64,000 bases of DNA from Malacoraja senta. Taxonomy: Eukaryota. A program made the position numbers and the translations under genes. The notes beneath the pieces were generated by a model. It had not been told where the DNA came from and made no database searches. It was given only the letters and a program-made list of their open reading frames with translations. The stretch lies in assembly GCA_038087875.1 (NCBI GenBank), contig CM075989.1:23314001-23378000 (forward strand). The letters run 5' to 3'. Below, one piece after another: positions 39,531 to 53,650 of this stretch (position 1 is its first letter; each line of letters opens with the position of its first letter).

Positions 39531-42500
39531 AGGGTGTGGTGGAGACACCCCTCAAAATAAGGGTAGGGATTCCACGCCAGTGGGTCACATGAGTGGCAAG
39601 GGTGTGGGGTAAAATTATGATTTGGGGATGGAGTTTTGTAAGGATCATGTATTGTATATATTTATTTCTCGAATAAAGTATATTTTGGAAAAAAAAAAAA
39701 AACTTCCTTCTCTCCAGCGGTGCTGCCTGTCCCGCTGAGTTACTCCAGCGTTTTTGTGTCACAACAATAACCGCATTATTTACACAGCAGGCAACAAACT
39801 CAAATCAAAGTTCTTAATATCTTTGCATGCCATTTATAAAGCTCGCCCTCAATAGTTGGGGTCCAGAGTTACACACAGCTGTCTAACCCTAGTGTGGAAC
39901 GAGTGTACATGTTTGGCGTAGGGAGGAACTACAGATGCTGGTTTACACTGAAGATAGACACAAAATGACCCTTCCTCTACTGATCTACAGAATTCAAAGC
40001 TAAACACAATGCAGCGATGAATACAGACAGGGCTTTAGAAAAAACACTCTTTGTGATGAACAGACCTCCTAAGGCAGTACACACCACAACATAATTAACA
40101 TCCAGCATTTCCGTAAGCTTTGACTTAATGGGACGCAGTTAAAATCTGTGCTCTTTGCTTCTGTCAAATTCCAGAGCAATACAAAGAGACAAGGTCAGTC
40201 TAACTTAGTAACGGTAACTTACCAATTTAGCAGTGAATCTGCAAGAATGAATCATCTGTCCTCACACATCGGCTGAGTAGCAACAATGTTAGCAGCAACA
40301 CACTGCACAACACAACCTACAAGTCCCAAATAAATCTCCATTATACAAACTGATTCACAATCAGATGGGCACAGCTTCAAACTCTTGCTGAAGTGTTTTC
40401 GCTGGTGACGGACGATTCCTAAACAGTACAACGTGAGTAGGAAGGAACTGCAGATGCTGGTTTAAATCTAAGGTAGACACAAAATGCTGGAGTAACTCAG
40501 CGGGACAGGCAGCATCTCTGGAGAGAAGGAATGGGTGACGTTTCGGGTCGAGACCCTTCTTCAGACTTCATGTACAACGTGAGAGCAAGTAAAACAAACA
40601 GACTGCATTTGTGCCTCTAATGATCCATTAGTTGATGCATATACAATTGTTGTGTCAACATTTACAAGACTCCACAGATGATACAGTCTATTTCTGTCCA
40701 AGCAGAGGAAGTCTTGGCTGTTTCTTCCATGAGTGAACGTACCATTTAGTGAAAGGGCTGGAAAAGGTTCTAGATCTCGTTATAAATTAAAGGCCACATA
40801 TGAACAGGCTTTGTACTGTTCCTACGGACCTGGTGGGTAGGGGTTGGTGTGTTTAAAGGGAATTACTTCTCAAAATCACGGTTATCGCCATTCAATCTTA
40901 GCACAAGGCGGAACAATCAAGCCTATGAACAGATTCAGACATAAATCAAAGCTTCACCTGAATACTTACATAATTTATGAGTCTTTCTTGAGAAACGGCG
41001 GGATAAATGTCACAGGAGAGGAGCCGAGGGCTACAATCACTGCAGTTTCTTCTCAGCTGCTTTTGAAACAACACCACGCTTCTCCCCACCCGTCAGCCAA
41101 CTAACGCACCACAAGTGAAAACCGACCAGCAAACACCAGCATTTCATGGGCTGGGTCTGAAGGAATGTTTACTACATACATAGGGTTGAAGTGTTTGTTT
41201 AATCTTTCCAACAGCAGCCAAAGAACACACCCAGTGCTTTTAACTTTAATTGGAGCAGCAAACTGAGAGGAATAAACTGGAAAGTAATTCTCTTTACAGC
41301 CCCCCCTTTCATCCCGACCAATAAAACCATTAACTCGGCATGGATATGGCAGCGCTGGCGTGCCTGTGTAGAGACCTGAACTATTGAAGGCAGACATAAA
41401 ATGCATGAGTAACACAGTGGGACAGGCAGCATCTCTGGTCTGGAGAGAAGGAATGGGTCGAGACCTTTCTTCAGACTGAGAATCAGTGGGAAATGAAATG
41501 AGAGATATAGGCAGTGATGTAGAGAGATATAGAACAAATGAATGAGAGATATGCAAAAAAGTAATGATGATAAAGGAAAATAAAGGAACTATTGATCTGG
41601 AGATCTTCCTTTCTCCCCCCCCCCCCCCCCCCCTCAGCATCTCAGGAGAGAAGGAATGGGTGATGTTTCGGGTTGAGGCCCTTCTTCAGACCTCAACTCA
41701 TGCAGTTTAGTTTAGTCTTCGTTCATTGTCACGTGTCCCGCACTCCAAAGACGTACAGGTTTGTGGGTTAGTTGGCTTGGTGTATGTGTAAATTGTCCCT
41801 AGTGTGTGTGGGATAGTGTTAGTGCGCGGGGATCGCTGGACGGTGCGGACTCGATGGGCCGAAGGGCCTGTTTCCGCGCTGTATCTTTAAACATGCCGTG
41901 TGATCTAATCTCAAGGCGGCTCCAGACACCAACAGCAATGCGAACAACTCTTAATTGCTCTGTGAAATGGTCTCGCAAGTCCCTCAGTTCATGGGATAGC
42001 CACAGCAACGCAAACAACTTGTGATAGAATAAAGAGCATCCTCAAACTGGATGTAACACTGAGCAGTTATATTAGTGTTCATAGTTTGGCCGAGCTGATC
42101 AGTGATGAGGACTGTTTTAAAAGAAGAACAGCAGAATGTGGTCTGAAGAGAGAATAGCAGAGTTTAAATCCTCCTATGGAGAAATGAATAGCAGAGTTTT
42201 AATCCTCTTATGGGTGACGTTTCGGGTTGAGACCCTTCTTAAGACCCGAAACGTCACCCATTCCTTTTCTCCTGAGATGCTGCCTGTCACGCTGAGTTAC
42301 TCCAGCTTTATGCGTCTATCTTCGGTTTAAACCAGCATCTGCAGTTCCTTCCTCCACATTAATCCCTCCTGTGCTTTGGGCTCATGCACCAGTTAGAATG
42401 ATTACATTTAATAATGATTAATAACCCAGATCAGGACAAAGATCACAAAGATAGACACAAAGTGCTGGAGTAACTCAGCAGGACAGGCAGCATCTCTGGA

Positions 42501-42929
42501 GAAAAGGAATATGTGACATTTCGGGTCGGAACCCTTCTTCAGAAGGCTTCTTCTTAACAACCATCTTCCCAACAATCAGAGAGCAGTCCTGAACTACTAT
42601 CTACCTAATTGGAGACCCTCAAACTATCTTTGATCGGACTTCACTGGCTTTATCTTTCACTAAACGTTATGCATGTTATTCCCCTTATCCTGTATCTGTG
42701 GACGACTCGATTGCAATTGTGTATTGTCTTTCCGCTGAAGATAGACACAAAAAGCCGGATTAACTCTATGGGACAGGCAGCATCACCGAAGAGAAGGATT
42801 GGGTGACGTTTCAGGTCGAGACCCTTCTTTAGCCCGCTGACTGGTTAGCATGCAACAAAAAAGCTTTTCACTGTTCCTCGGTGCACGTGACAATAAACTA
42901 GACTCAATCTCAAGAGAAGTCCAATTAGC

Positions 42930-43230
42930 CTGGCCTTTTCTGGGGGTTGCAGAAGATAACAATGGTAGGGAATGGAATGGCTGTGGAGGAACTTTAAGAC
43001 AAAGATCAGAAGTTTAATATCAAGACGCAGATTAACTCTGTGGTTCAGCAAGCTCTGGGTGATGGGTGAATGGGGCCTGCTGCTAGTTTGGACATTGGGC
43101 AGTGGAGTTTTGTACGGTCTCAAGTTCATGGTGGCTACACCATGTTCCAGCCGCTAGTCAATTGTCCAAACCCCGATGGGACAAAGCCATAGATGAAGAT
43201 TTGAGGAACAGATGAGCTCAAGTGGAATGG
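42930..43230 (-). mobile_element. Old L2-like LINE ORF2 C-terminal remnant
   Basis: ORF 42845-43129 (HSPIT...RLDIKLLIFVLKFLH...PY...LLQP) resembles the L2 'HITP..LHWLP..RIxFKxLxLxFKxLHGLAPxYL' motif. Confidence 0.55.
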
Positions 43231-45191
43231 AGGAGTAGGCAAAACGTAGAAACAAGGAGCAAAAGTTGGTTAGTACACATAAGGACACAAAGTGCTGGAT
43301 CAACTCAATGGTTGGCAGCATCTCTGGAGAACATGGATAGGTGTCGTTTCGGGTTGAGACCCTTCTTTAGACTGATTGTACGGAGGGGTAGGGGGGGTGG
43401 GGGGGGGGGAAGATTGTGGAAGAGATTTTCCAGCTTTCCTTCATTTTTCCTCCCCCCCCCCAAACCCTCCACATCAGTCTGAAGAACCTGAAACGTCACT
43501 GATCCATGTTCTCCATGGAAGCTGCCTGACAAGGAGGCAATTTTCGAGGTGGGGCAGCAATGTTGCCAAGTGTTAATCAGGGATATAATACTGCTACTGT
43601 AATATGTCTAGTTTCACTGTAGGCAGTTTCCAGTCTGAAGAAGGGTCTCGACCCGAAACGACACCCATCCCTTCTCTCCAGAGATGCTGCCTCGCCCGCT
43701 GAGTTACTCCAGCATTTTGTGTCTACCTTCGATTTAAACCAGCATCTGCAGTTCTTTCTTACACAGTTTCCAGGGAAGTTGCAATCAGTGACTAGGTGTG
43801 TTGTGGGAACTACGGCCAAGTCATATCGAGTCGAGTCGAGCTTAATGACATTTGCACGAGTGTGGTGAGATACAAGTGTAATCAAAATCTTGCTCGCAGA
43901 CTCAGACAACACACAACATGTAAATTATACATAAATATATGTGTATAAATTATACATGAATGCTCACATGAATATACATGTGTGTCGTGCCATGCCAAAG
44001 GCTTGCTGACAATCTCAGGTACATCAATACTTGAATTTCTACTATGGTGAGTCAGCAGGTTATAGATGAATTCTGAGTATCACAGGTGTATTGACGACAC
44101 ACGTGGATGGGTCAGCTTTGGGATGAGGCATTAAACTTCTTCAGGGAAGTGTCATTTTTACATTTTGATGAACAGGTTTCTAACCTGAGATAAGTGATAT
44201 GAAACCTGACACGTTGGGATTGGTGTATTAATCTCATGTGGACCCAGACACAGTGAAACACTTTTGTTTCTGTGCTAGGAGGTAAAGCATGAGTACATAC
44301 AAGAACAATGGAGGACCCGGCCTGGGGGGACCGCCGTGAGGGGGGGGGGGGGGATAGGGATGGAGGGGGGGTGTAGCACTAACTGAGAGTCAGATTTAGC
44401 TATTCAGACTAACGGAATCAAGTGATATGGGGAGAAAGCAGGGACGGGGTATTGATTTTGGATGATCAGCCATGATCATATTGAATGGCGGTCGGTGCTG
44501 GCTCGAAGGGTCGAATGGCCTACTCCTGCACCTATTTTCTACATTTCTATGGTGCGGGGGTACTTTGTAACTTTGTAAGCACCCTCTATGTGGTGACTGT
44601 TCGCATACCTTGGGTATGCAAGCAAAGAATTTGATTGTGACTTGTCACATGTGAAGAAGGGTCTCGACCCAAAATGTCACCCATTCCTTCTCTCCAGATA
44701 TTCTGCCTGTCCTGCTGAGCTACTCCAGCTTTTTGTGTCTATCTAGGGTGTAAACCAGCATCTGCCATTCCTTCCTACACAAGGATGTGTATACAGATGC
44801 TGAAGTACTGGAGTAACTCAGCGGGTCAGGCAGCATCTCTTGGGAACATGAACAGGTGGCGTTTCAGGTCGAGACCCTCATTTAAACTGAAAAGTCTGAA
44901 GAAAGGTCTGTAGATGGGTCGAGACCTGAAACGTCACCTATCCACGTTCTCCACATATGCTGCCTGACCTAGTAAGTTACTCCAGGACTTTGTGTCCATT
45001 TGGGATGATCCTCAATGAGCGACTGAGTGAGTTAAACCCACCACAATATCTGGAGGAGACCAGTGGGATGGATCTAGTCTTTGACAGAATCATCGGTTCG
45101 GGTAATAGCCCAGGAGAGAGGGAAGGGAGGTCACTAGGCAACTGCAGTAAATGTGGCCACCATTAAGAGTTCTCCTTCAAGTCATTGCAAA

Positions 45192-46750
45192 AACATAGAT
45201 ACATAGATACATAGAAAATAGGTGCAGGAGTAGACCATTCGGCCCTTCGAGCCTGCACCGCCATTCAATATGATCATGGCTGATCATCCAACTCAGTATC
45301 CCGTACCTGCCTTCTCTCCATACCCCCTGATCCCTTTAGCCACAAGGGCCACATCTAACTCCCTCTTAAATATAGCCAATGAACTGGCCTCAACTACCCT
45401 CTGTGGCAGAGAGTTCCAGAGATTCACCACTCTCTGTGTGAAAACGTTTTTTCCCATCTCGGTCTTAAAGGATTTCCCCCTTATCCTTAAGCTGTGACCC
45501 CTTGTCCTGGACTTCCCCAACATCGGGAACAATCTTCCTGCATCTAGCCTGTCCAACCCCATAAGAATTTTGTACGTTTCTATAAGATCCCCTCTCAATC
45601 TCCTAAATTCTAGCGAGTATAGCCAAGTCTATCCAGTCTTTCTTCATATGAAAGTCCTGACATCCCAGGAATCAGTCTGGTGAACCTTCTCTGCACTCCC
45701 TCTATGGCTATAATGTCCTTCCTCAGATTTGGAGACCAAAACTGTACGCAATACTCCAGGTGTGGTCTCACCAAGACCCTGTACAACTGCAGTAGAACCT
45801 CCCTGCTCCTATACTCAAATCCTTTTGCTATGAAAGCTAACATACCATTCGCTTTCTTCACTGCCTGCTGCACCTGCATGCCTACTTTCAATGACTGGTG
45901 TACCATGAGACACCCAGGTCTCGCTGCATCTCCCCTTTTCCTAATCGGCCACCATTTAGATAATAGTCTGCTTTCCTGTTTTCGCCACCAAAGTGGATAA
46001 CCTCACATTTATCCACATTATACTGCATCTGCCAAACATTTGCCCACTCACCCAGCCTATCCAAGTCACCTTGCAGTCTCCTAGAATCCTCCTCACAGCT
46101 AACACTGCCCCCCAGCTTAGTGTCATCCGCAAACTTGGAGATGTTGCCTTCAATTCCCTCATCCAGCTCATTAATATAAATTGTAAATAGCTCGGGTCCC
46201 AGCACTGAGCCTTGCGGTACCCCACTAGTCACTGCCTGCCATTGTGAAAAGGACCCATTTACTCCTACTCTTTGCTTCCTGTTTGTCAGCCAGTTCTCTA
46301 TCCACATCAATACTGAACCCCCAATACCGTGTGCTTTAAGTTTGTATACTAATCTCTTATGTGGGACCTTGTCGAAAGCCTTCTGAAAGTCCAGATACAA
46401 CACATCCACTGGTTCTCCCTATCCACTCTACTAGTTACATCCACAAAGAATTCTATAAGATTCGTCAGACATGATTTACCTTTCGTAAATCCATGCTGAC
46501 TTTGTCCAATGATTTCACCACTTTCCAAATGTGCTGCTATCCCATCTTTAATAACTGACTCTAGCAGTTTCCCCGCTACCGATGTTAGACTAACTGGTCT
46601 GTAATTCCCCGTTTTCTCTCTCCCTCCCTTCTTAAAAAGTGGGGTTACGTTTGCTACCCTCCAATCCTCAGGAACTACTCCAGAATCTAAAGAGTTTTGA
46701 AAAATTATCACTAATGCATCCTCTATTTCTGGAGCTACTTCCTTAAGTAC
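45192..46750 (-). mobile_element. 5'-truncated CR1-clade LINE (HER1-like), frameshifted RT domain to 3' tail
   Basis: ORFs contain PEDWRVANVTPLFKKG, NYRPVSLTS, YLDFQKAFDKVPH, GVPQGSVLGP, KFADDTKLGG, VRPHLEYCVQFWSP and RGDLIETYKI. The 3' end is a short 8-bp tandem tail near 45192-45215. Confidence 0.95.
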
Positions 46751-47782
46751 ATGTTAGAATTTAATCTGCACCCATACATCCCAGATATGTGGTAGAAATT
46801 GTTTGAAGTGGAGGGTGGTCCTGGATGGGGATATTTTAATTGTTGTAAAGTGGGACAGATTGGTTAGGAATGTGGAATAAACAGGCATTATAATGTGAGT
46901 GCTATCACAGATCTGAAGTGGAATGTGGGAACGACTCCAGTGGATGTTTTGGTTGGCGGGGGGACATTTGCATATTTGCCTCTGCCTAACCAATAATTTC
47001 CGGCATTCTTTTGTTTTAAAGCATGAAGCTTAAAAGTCGCAAAGTGCGTATCTTGTACTTTCAGCTGCGCTGCTCCTTGGCTAACCCTCGAGAGGGAGCC
47101 ATGTCCTGAACTGGTTTCATGTGTGAATAGGTTTTAACATCTTCTCACCAAAGGGTAGTGTTAGTGTGTGGGGATCGCTGGTCGGTGTGGACTCGGTGGG
47201 CCGAAGGGCCGTTTCCACGCTGTATCTCTAAAACGAAATTAAAAAACGACTTTACAGTTTTTTCTAAGAGTTCTGGTCTCAGAATGTGCTACACAAACCT
47301 GGTTTAGGTTTCAGTTTTAGATATGCAGCGTAAAAACAGGCCCTTCAGCCCACTGAGTTCATGCCAACTATCGATCAACCATACACTAGTTCTATGTCCT
47401 ACACACACACGGGGCAAGTTACAGGAGCCAATTAACCTACAAACCTGCTTGCCTTCAGGTGCATATATGGTCACAATCTTTGAATAATGGACTCGGATAG
47501 ATTCACTCTGACCCAGCCTGAGATTCATGTACATAAGCAAGTTTCCGTCTGTGTATATGGACCTGCTCTCAGTCTGATGTTACATACAGACACAAGGAAC
47601 TGCAGATGCTGGTTTACACAAAAAGACACAAAATTGTTGGAGTAACGCAGGCAGCTTCTCTGGAGGACACGGATATGTCGGGACCCTTCTTCAGACTGAT
47701 TGTGTGTGGGGGTGGGGGGGGGGGGGTTGAGAGAGGGAAAGAAAGGTGGGAGAGAGAAGAGGCTGGACAAAGCATGCAATAT

Positions 47783-47998
47783 GTGTAGGAAGGAACTGCA
47801 GATGCTGGTTTAAACAGAAGAGAGAGACAAAACGCAGGAGTAACTCAGCGGGACAGGCAGCATCTCTGGAGAGAAGGAATGGGTGACGTTTCGGGTCGAG
47901 ACCCTTCTTCAGACTGGTCAGGGATAAGGGAAATGAGAGATATAGCCGATGATGTAGAGTGATAAAGAACAATGAATGGAAGATATGCGAAAAAGCAG
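47783..47998 (-). mobile_element. Penelope-derived terminal repeat (pseudo-LTR) with intact minimal hammerhead-like core at 47885-47912; dozens of related copies across the window
   Basis: The minus strand reads CTGAAGA-A-GGGTCTCGACCC-GAAA-CG-TC. Its upstream UTR matches the 39400-39480 region of the GIY-YIG-linked copy. Confidence 0.72.
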
Positions 47999-48811
47999 AG
48001 ATCTGGAGATAAGAATATGAACATTTCTTCGGCACCCGCATGTTTTTCCCCAAAATGTTATCAGTTTTAGAATTCCTTTCAGCAGACAAGCTTCTTTATC
48101 CATTACTTGCACTACTGAGTTAACTGAAGTGCTTTGTATTTTCAACACAATCAGCTAAATTAATCAGCCACGATGTGGTCTAACCTGGGGCTACATGTTG
48201 AATGTGAGGCAAGGAAGAAGGGTCTCGACCCCGAAACGTCACCCATTCCTTCTCTCCAGAGATGCTGCCTGTCCCGCTGAGTTACTCCAGCTTTTTGTGG
48301 CTACATTTTGTATCCTCTGCTACAGACTAGGTAGCAGAGAGAAAATTAGCCCGGTTGATTCAAGAGAATGGCTTTGTTCCATCGAATAAGCATCAATAGG
48401 TTTAACACCGGAAAATAGTCCAAACTATATTAAATACCATTTTTTGTAAAGATGTTTGTTTATGTACATTGTGATTATATATTCCTAACGTCATCATATA
48501 CAAACTTATGAGAGGTACAGGGTGACATGTTTGGCCACAGCAGAGCTGTAAACAACTCGAGAAAATAGATCGGTGTAGGGTCAGGGCTAGGAGATGTGGA
48601 GTAAACTTGGAGGCTTGAAGAAAGCACTTTTTAGTTGAGTTTCGAGATACAGCACAGAAACAGGCCTTTCGCCCACCGGGTCCGCGCCGATCGGCGATCC
48701 CCGCACATTAACACTACCCTAGTCCCACTGGGACAATTTTTACATTTACACCAAGCCAATAAACCTGCAAACCTACACGTCTTTGGAGTGTGGGAGGAAA
48801 CCGAAGATCTC

Positions 48812-49011
48812 NNNNNNNNNNNNNNNNNNNNNNNNNNNNNNNNNNNNNNNNNNNNNNNNNNNNNNNNNNNNNNNNNNNNNNNNNNNNNNNNNNNNNNNNN
48901 NNNNNNNNNNNNNNNNNNNNNNNNNNNNNNNNNNNNNNNNNNNNNNNNNNNNNNNNNNNNNNNNNNNNNNNNNNNNNNNNNNNNNNNNNNNNNNNNNNNN
49001 NNNNNNNNNNN
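48812..49011. other. Assembly gap (200 N)
   Basis: A run of N truncates a SINE on the left and a PLE-derived repeat on the right. The true distance is unknown. Confidence 0.99.
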
Positions 49012-50269
49012 GGCAATGTTTCGGGCCGAAACGTTGCCTATTTCCTTCGCTCCATAGATGCTGCTGCTGCACCCGCTGAGTTTCTCCAGCACTTCTGTCT
49101 ACCTTCGATTTTCCAGCACCTGCAGTTCCTTCTTAAACACAGTGATAGAGTTGCTGCCTTACAGCGCCAGAGACCTGGGTTCCATTCTTGACTATGGGTG
49201 CTGTCTGTACGGAGTTTGTACGCTCTCTCCGTGACCTGCAAGGATTTTTTCTCCGGGATCTCCAGTTTCATAGAAACATAGAAAATAGGTGCAGGAGTAG
49301 GCCATTCGGCACTTCCAGCCAGCACCATCATTCGATATGATCATGGCTGATCATCCAAAATCAGTACCCCGTTCCTGCTTTCTTATCATATCCCTTGATT
49401 CCGTTTGCCCTAAGAGCTAAATCTAACTCTCTCTTGAAAACATCCAGTGAATTGGCCTCCACTGCCTTCTGTGGCAGAGAATTCCACAGATTCACAACTT
49501 TCTGTGTGAAAAAGTTTCTCCTCATCTCAGTCCTAAATGGCCTAACCCTTATTCTTGAACTGTGACCCATGGTTCTGGCTCTCCCAACATTTGTACGTTC
49601 TCCCCGTGACCACGTGGGTTTTCTCCGGGTGCTCCGGTTTCCTCACACATTCCAAAGACGTGCAGGTTTGTAAGTTAAGTTTGTAAGTAAATTGCCCCTG
49701 GGTGTGTAGGGCATAGAACTAGTGTCCGAGTTATCAATGGTCGGCACAGACTCGGTGGGCTGAAGGGCCTGTTTCCACACTGTATTTCTAAACTAAGCTA
49801 AGGATGGAAAGCTAAATGACTTTACCAGTGCAGTGTCTATTCGGTAAACTAACATTTTATACGGATCATTCAATATTCTCCCTCTTGTTTTCTTTGGGTC
49901 TGCTTTAGGAGAAAAGGGATACTCTGACAGGACTTGATACACATATTCCTTCCTTTCTTCAACATATCATCCACAATGTTCTAAAGATAACACTGTTACA
50001 GAGAATTGACATGAACGTCATACATTCCACACATTCGATACCTCGAGATTTATTAATCTGAAGTTAATACCTTCTGAGCCTTGGATAGCATTACATTGAA
50101 GCTAAATAAACAGCGCATTGGGAAATGGAGCTGGAGTAGGCCACGCAGTCTTCGAGAGGATCATGGCTGAATTTCTACCTCAGCTCTATTTTCGTTCGCC
50201 GTCCTTATACCGCTGGGACAGGGAGAATGTGAGGTGTACAAGATCATGAGAGGAATAGATTGGGTAAAT

Positions 50270-53200
50270 TGAGATATACTCAGACCAAGTTATAAAACTA
50301 TGTCAAGATACAAAACAATTAAACTTTGAATTTGGTGATAAACCACAAAAACTATTAGCGCGTCAACTTCGTAAACTGGACGGGGAAAAAACAATTTACA
50401 AAATTAGATCAGACAAGGGAGAAACATTAACACTGCCTAAAGATATTAATGATAGATTTTTACAATACTATCAAAAACTGTACTCATCTAAAACGACAGA
50501 ACAATCAGCAGGAATGGAAACATTTCTACAGATTTAGATCAGAAAGAGAGAGAATCACTAGATGCAGAAATTATGGTAAAAGACATCGAAGAGTCAATTA
50601 GATCTTTAAAAAATGGAAAGGCCGCAGGTCCTGATGGTCTAAGCTCTGAATTTTATTTAAAAAATTACGATCTGATTTCTCCACGCCTACAGACACTCTA
50701 CAAATACGCTTACACTCAACAGAAACTCCCAGAAACTCTAAATGAATCTACAATCATACTTATACCAAAAACGGATAAGGATCCTGAAGACCCAGGTTCA
50801 TATAGAGCAATAGCTCTCTTAAATACTGATCAGAAAATATTAACCAAAATCCTATCTCATAGATTGAGCTTAGTGATTAACAAATTAATACACCCGACCA
50901 AACAGGTTTTATTCCAAAACGTTACTTATTTTATAATTTGAGAAGACTATTCAATATTATATATACAAATAGAATTCCTAATGCAGATCTAGCAATTATT
51001 TCGTTAGATGCTGAAAAAGCATTTGACCAGGTAGAATGGTCATATTTATTTTCGGTAATGGAAAAATTTCAACTGGGAGAGAAGTACTGTACATGGGTTA
51101 AATTGTTATACTCTAATCCAACAGCTAGAATATTAACAAACCAAATGTTATCAGCTAAATTTAATCTTTGTAGAGGTTGTAGACAAGGGTGCTCACTATC
51201 CCCACTATTATTTGCTCTTGCAATTGAACCATTAGCAGAAAGCGTTAGAACCCATCTAGGAATACACGGGTACAACACTAGAGATACAAGGAATAAAATT
51301 TCCTTATATGCAGATGATGTACTAATATATATTACAAAGTTAGAAACTAGTATTCCAAATCTATTAAATCTAATAACTCAATTTGGTCAGTTCTCAGGAT
51401 ATAGAATTAACTGGAATAAAAGTGAAATTATGCCAATAACAAAATTCAATTTAAATACATTACAACAATCCCCTTTTAAAATAATTAAAGATAAACTTAA
51501 ATATTTAGGAATCTACGTAACTAAGACATATACCTCTTTATTTAAACTAAATTTTCCATCCTTACTTAATTAATTACACAAGAATATTCAGTACTGGAAA
51601 ACACTTCCCATTTCAATGCTTGGTAGAATTAATGCTATAAAAATGACCTTCTTACCGCAACTACTGTACCTATTTCAATTAATTCCGATATATATCCCCA
51701 AAAACCTTTTCAAAAAAGTTGATTCCATTGTTACAAGCTTTATTTGGGATTATAAGAATCATAGAATAAGTAAAAAACATTTATGTAAGTCAAAGAGCAA
51801 CGGAGATTTGGCCTTGCCAAATTTCTTATTTTATTTTTGGGCAGTCCATATTAAAAACATGAATTTCTGGCTGGAAGAAATGGATCAACATCCAGATTGG
51901 TTAAGGATGGAAAAGGAAGACTGTTTACCTTTTGAAATTGGTTCGATTATATTTGCTCCCACAAAACTGCATAAAAAAACCTATAAGGAAAACCCTATAA
52001 TACATAGTGGAATACGAATTTGGAAACAATTAAAAAAAGCTTTAAAACTGAACAATATACCACTATGTCTTCCCATTGTAAATAATCCTTTATTCAAGCC
52101 ATCCATACTGGATAAAGGTTTCATACAATGGAAAAATTATGGAATTAAAAAGATTGGACATCTTTATAGGAAAGGCATTTTTCTGTCATTTCAAGAGTTA
52201 CAACAGAATCATGGACTACACTCAAATAATTTTTTCAGATATCTACAAATTAGAGATTATGTTAAATCTAATACACAAGTTTATAGGACTAGGGAACCAG
52301 AAATTCTTGATGAATGTTTGAATAAGCATCCTAACACTGAAAAATTAATAGCTTATATTTATAACACCCTCTTAGACAACGAGGTACCACCGATGGAACT
52401 ATATAGACACACATGGGAAAATGAGTTAGGTCATCCTATAACGAAAGACATTTGGGACGAAAGTTTACAACATATACATCAATGCTCGTTAAATGCCAGA
52501 CATGCTTTAATACAATTTAAAGTCTTACACAGATTACATTACTCCAAAATAAAACTAAATAGAATCTTCCCACATATTTCTCCTATCTGTGATAAATGCC
52601 TGCATCTAGAGGCCAATTTAACACATACTTTTGCAAATTGTACAAAAATTAAAAATTTCTGGACTGATATTTTTGAAATAATTTCTGAAGTTGTTAATAC
52701 TAAATTGGATCCAGACTCAAAATTAATAATACTTGGGATATCAGCACAAAGTTTAACACTCACAACAAGCATAGGAAACTTCCTTGACTACAGTATAATA
52801 ACTGGGAAAAAATTAATATTAAAATTTTGGAAAGGCCCTATAACCCCCACAATTAAAATGTGGATTGTGGAAATGTCAGAGACCCTACATCTAAAAAGAA
52901 TTAGACTTGTCTTAATGGACAAACAAGAACCTTTTGTTAAAATATGGGCTCCATTCATTAACTATTTGAAGGGATAGATTGGCCCAGCACGAAAACCCAA
53001 CTGAAGCTTGAACTCAGGATTAGATGTAAAATTATATTTCATAACCTACGAACTTATCTCCAATGACGTATTATAAGTAGTTCATTCCACCTCTTTTTTT
53101 TTTTGATATTTGTAATTCTTTTTTCTTTCTATCTCTCTTTTTCTATCTATATTAAAAAAAAACACTAGAAGCAGAATTAATTGACAATTGACAATTTAAA

Positions 53201-53286
53201 TAATGTATGATTGATGTATATGAAAAGTTTTTTTTCTATTATAATATACTATACTTTATAATATGTTTGCTTCTAATAAAAATATT
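50270..53286 (+). mobile_element. 5'-truncated L1-clade LINE: ORF2 remnant (reverse transcriptase and C-terminal Cys-rich domain) plus 3' UTR
   Basis: Motifs GKAAGPDG, YRAIALLNTDQKIL, SLDAEKAFDQVEW, GCRQGCSLSPLLF, SLYADD, KYLGI and CDKC...HTFANC are spread across ORFs 50573-50941, 50938-51573 and 51616-52977. There is a frameshift near 50895, an in-frame TAA at 51571, and AATAAA near 53275. Confidence 0.92.
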
Positions 53287-53650
53287 GTTCCTGATTTCTC
53301 CCCATATCCCTTGATTCCGTTAGCACTAAGAATTAGATCTGACTCTTAGGACTCGCCCAACATCAGGAACAATTTTCCTGCATCTAGCCCTTAAGATTGT
53401 TACATGTTTCTATAAGATTCCCCCTCATCCTTCCAAATTCCAGTGAATACAAGCCCAGTCAATCCATTCTTTCACCATATGTCAGTCCGGCAATCCCAGG
53501 AATTGACCTGTTGAACCAACGCTGCATTCCCTCAATAGCAAGAATGTCCTTCCTCAAATTAGGAGACCAAAACTGCACACAATACTCCAGCTGCGGTCTT
53601 CCCAGGGCCCTGTACAGCTGCAGTAGGACCTCCTTGCTCCTATGCTCTTA
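53287..53650 (-). mobile_element. Degraded CR1 fragment
   Basis: Matches the 45.3-45.8 kb CR1 sequence (e.g. ggagaccaaaactgcacacaatactccag). Confidence 0.8.

Noticed and set aside
48631..49191. ORFs spanning X runs
   Set aside because: Artefacts of the 200-N gap.
49215..49642. Apparent ~55-bp TSD of SINE sequence around the CR1 at 49269-49590
   Set aside because: The two sides differ at many positions, including subfamily-like sites, so two different SINE copies are more likely.
50573..52977. Possible intact or domesticated RT gene
   Set aside because: It lacks ORF1 and the endonuclease and has a frameshift and a premature stop; an ordinary dead L1 copy.
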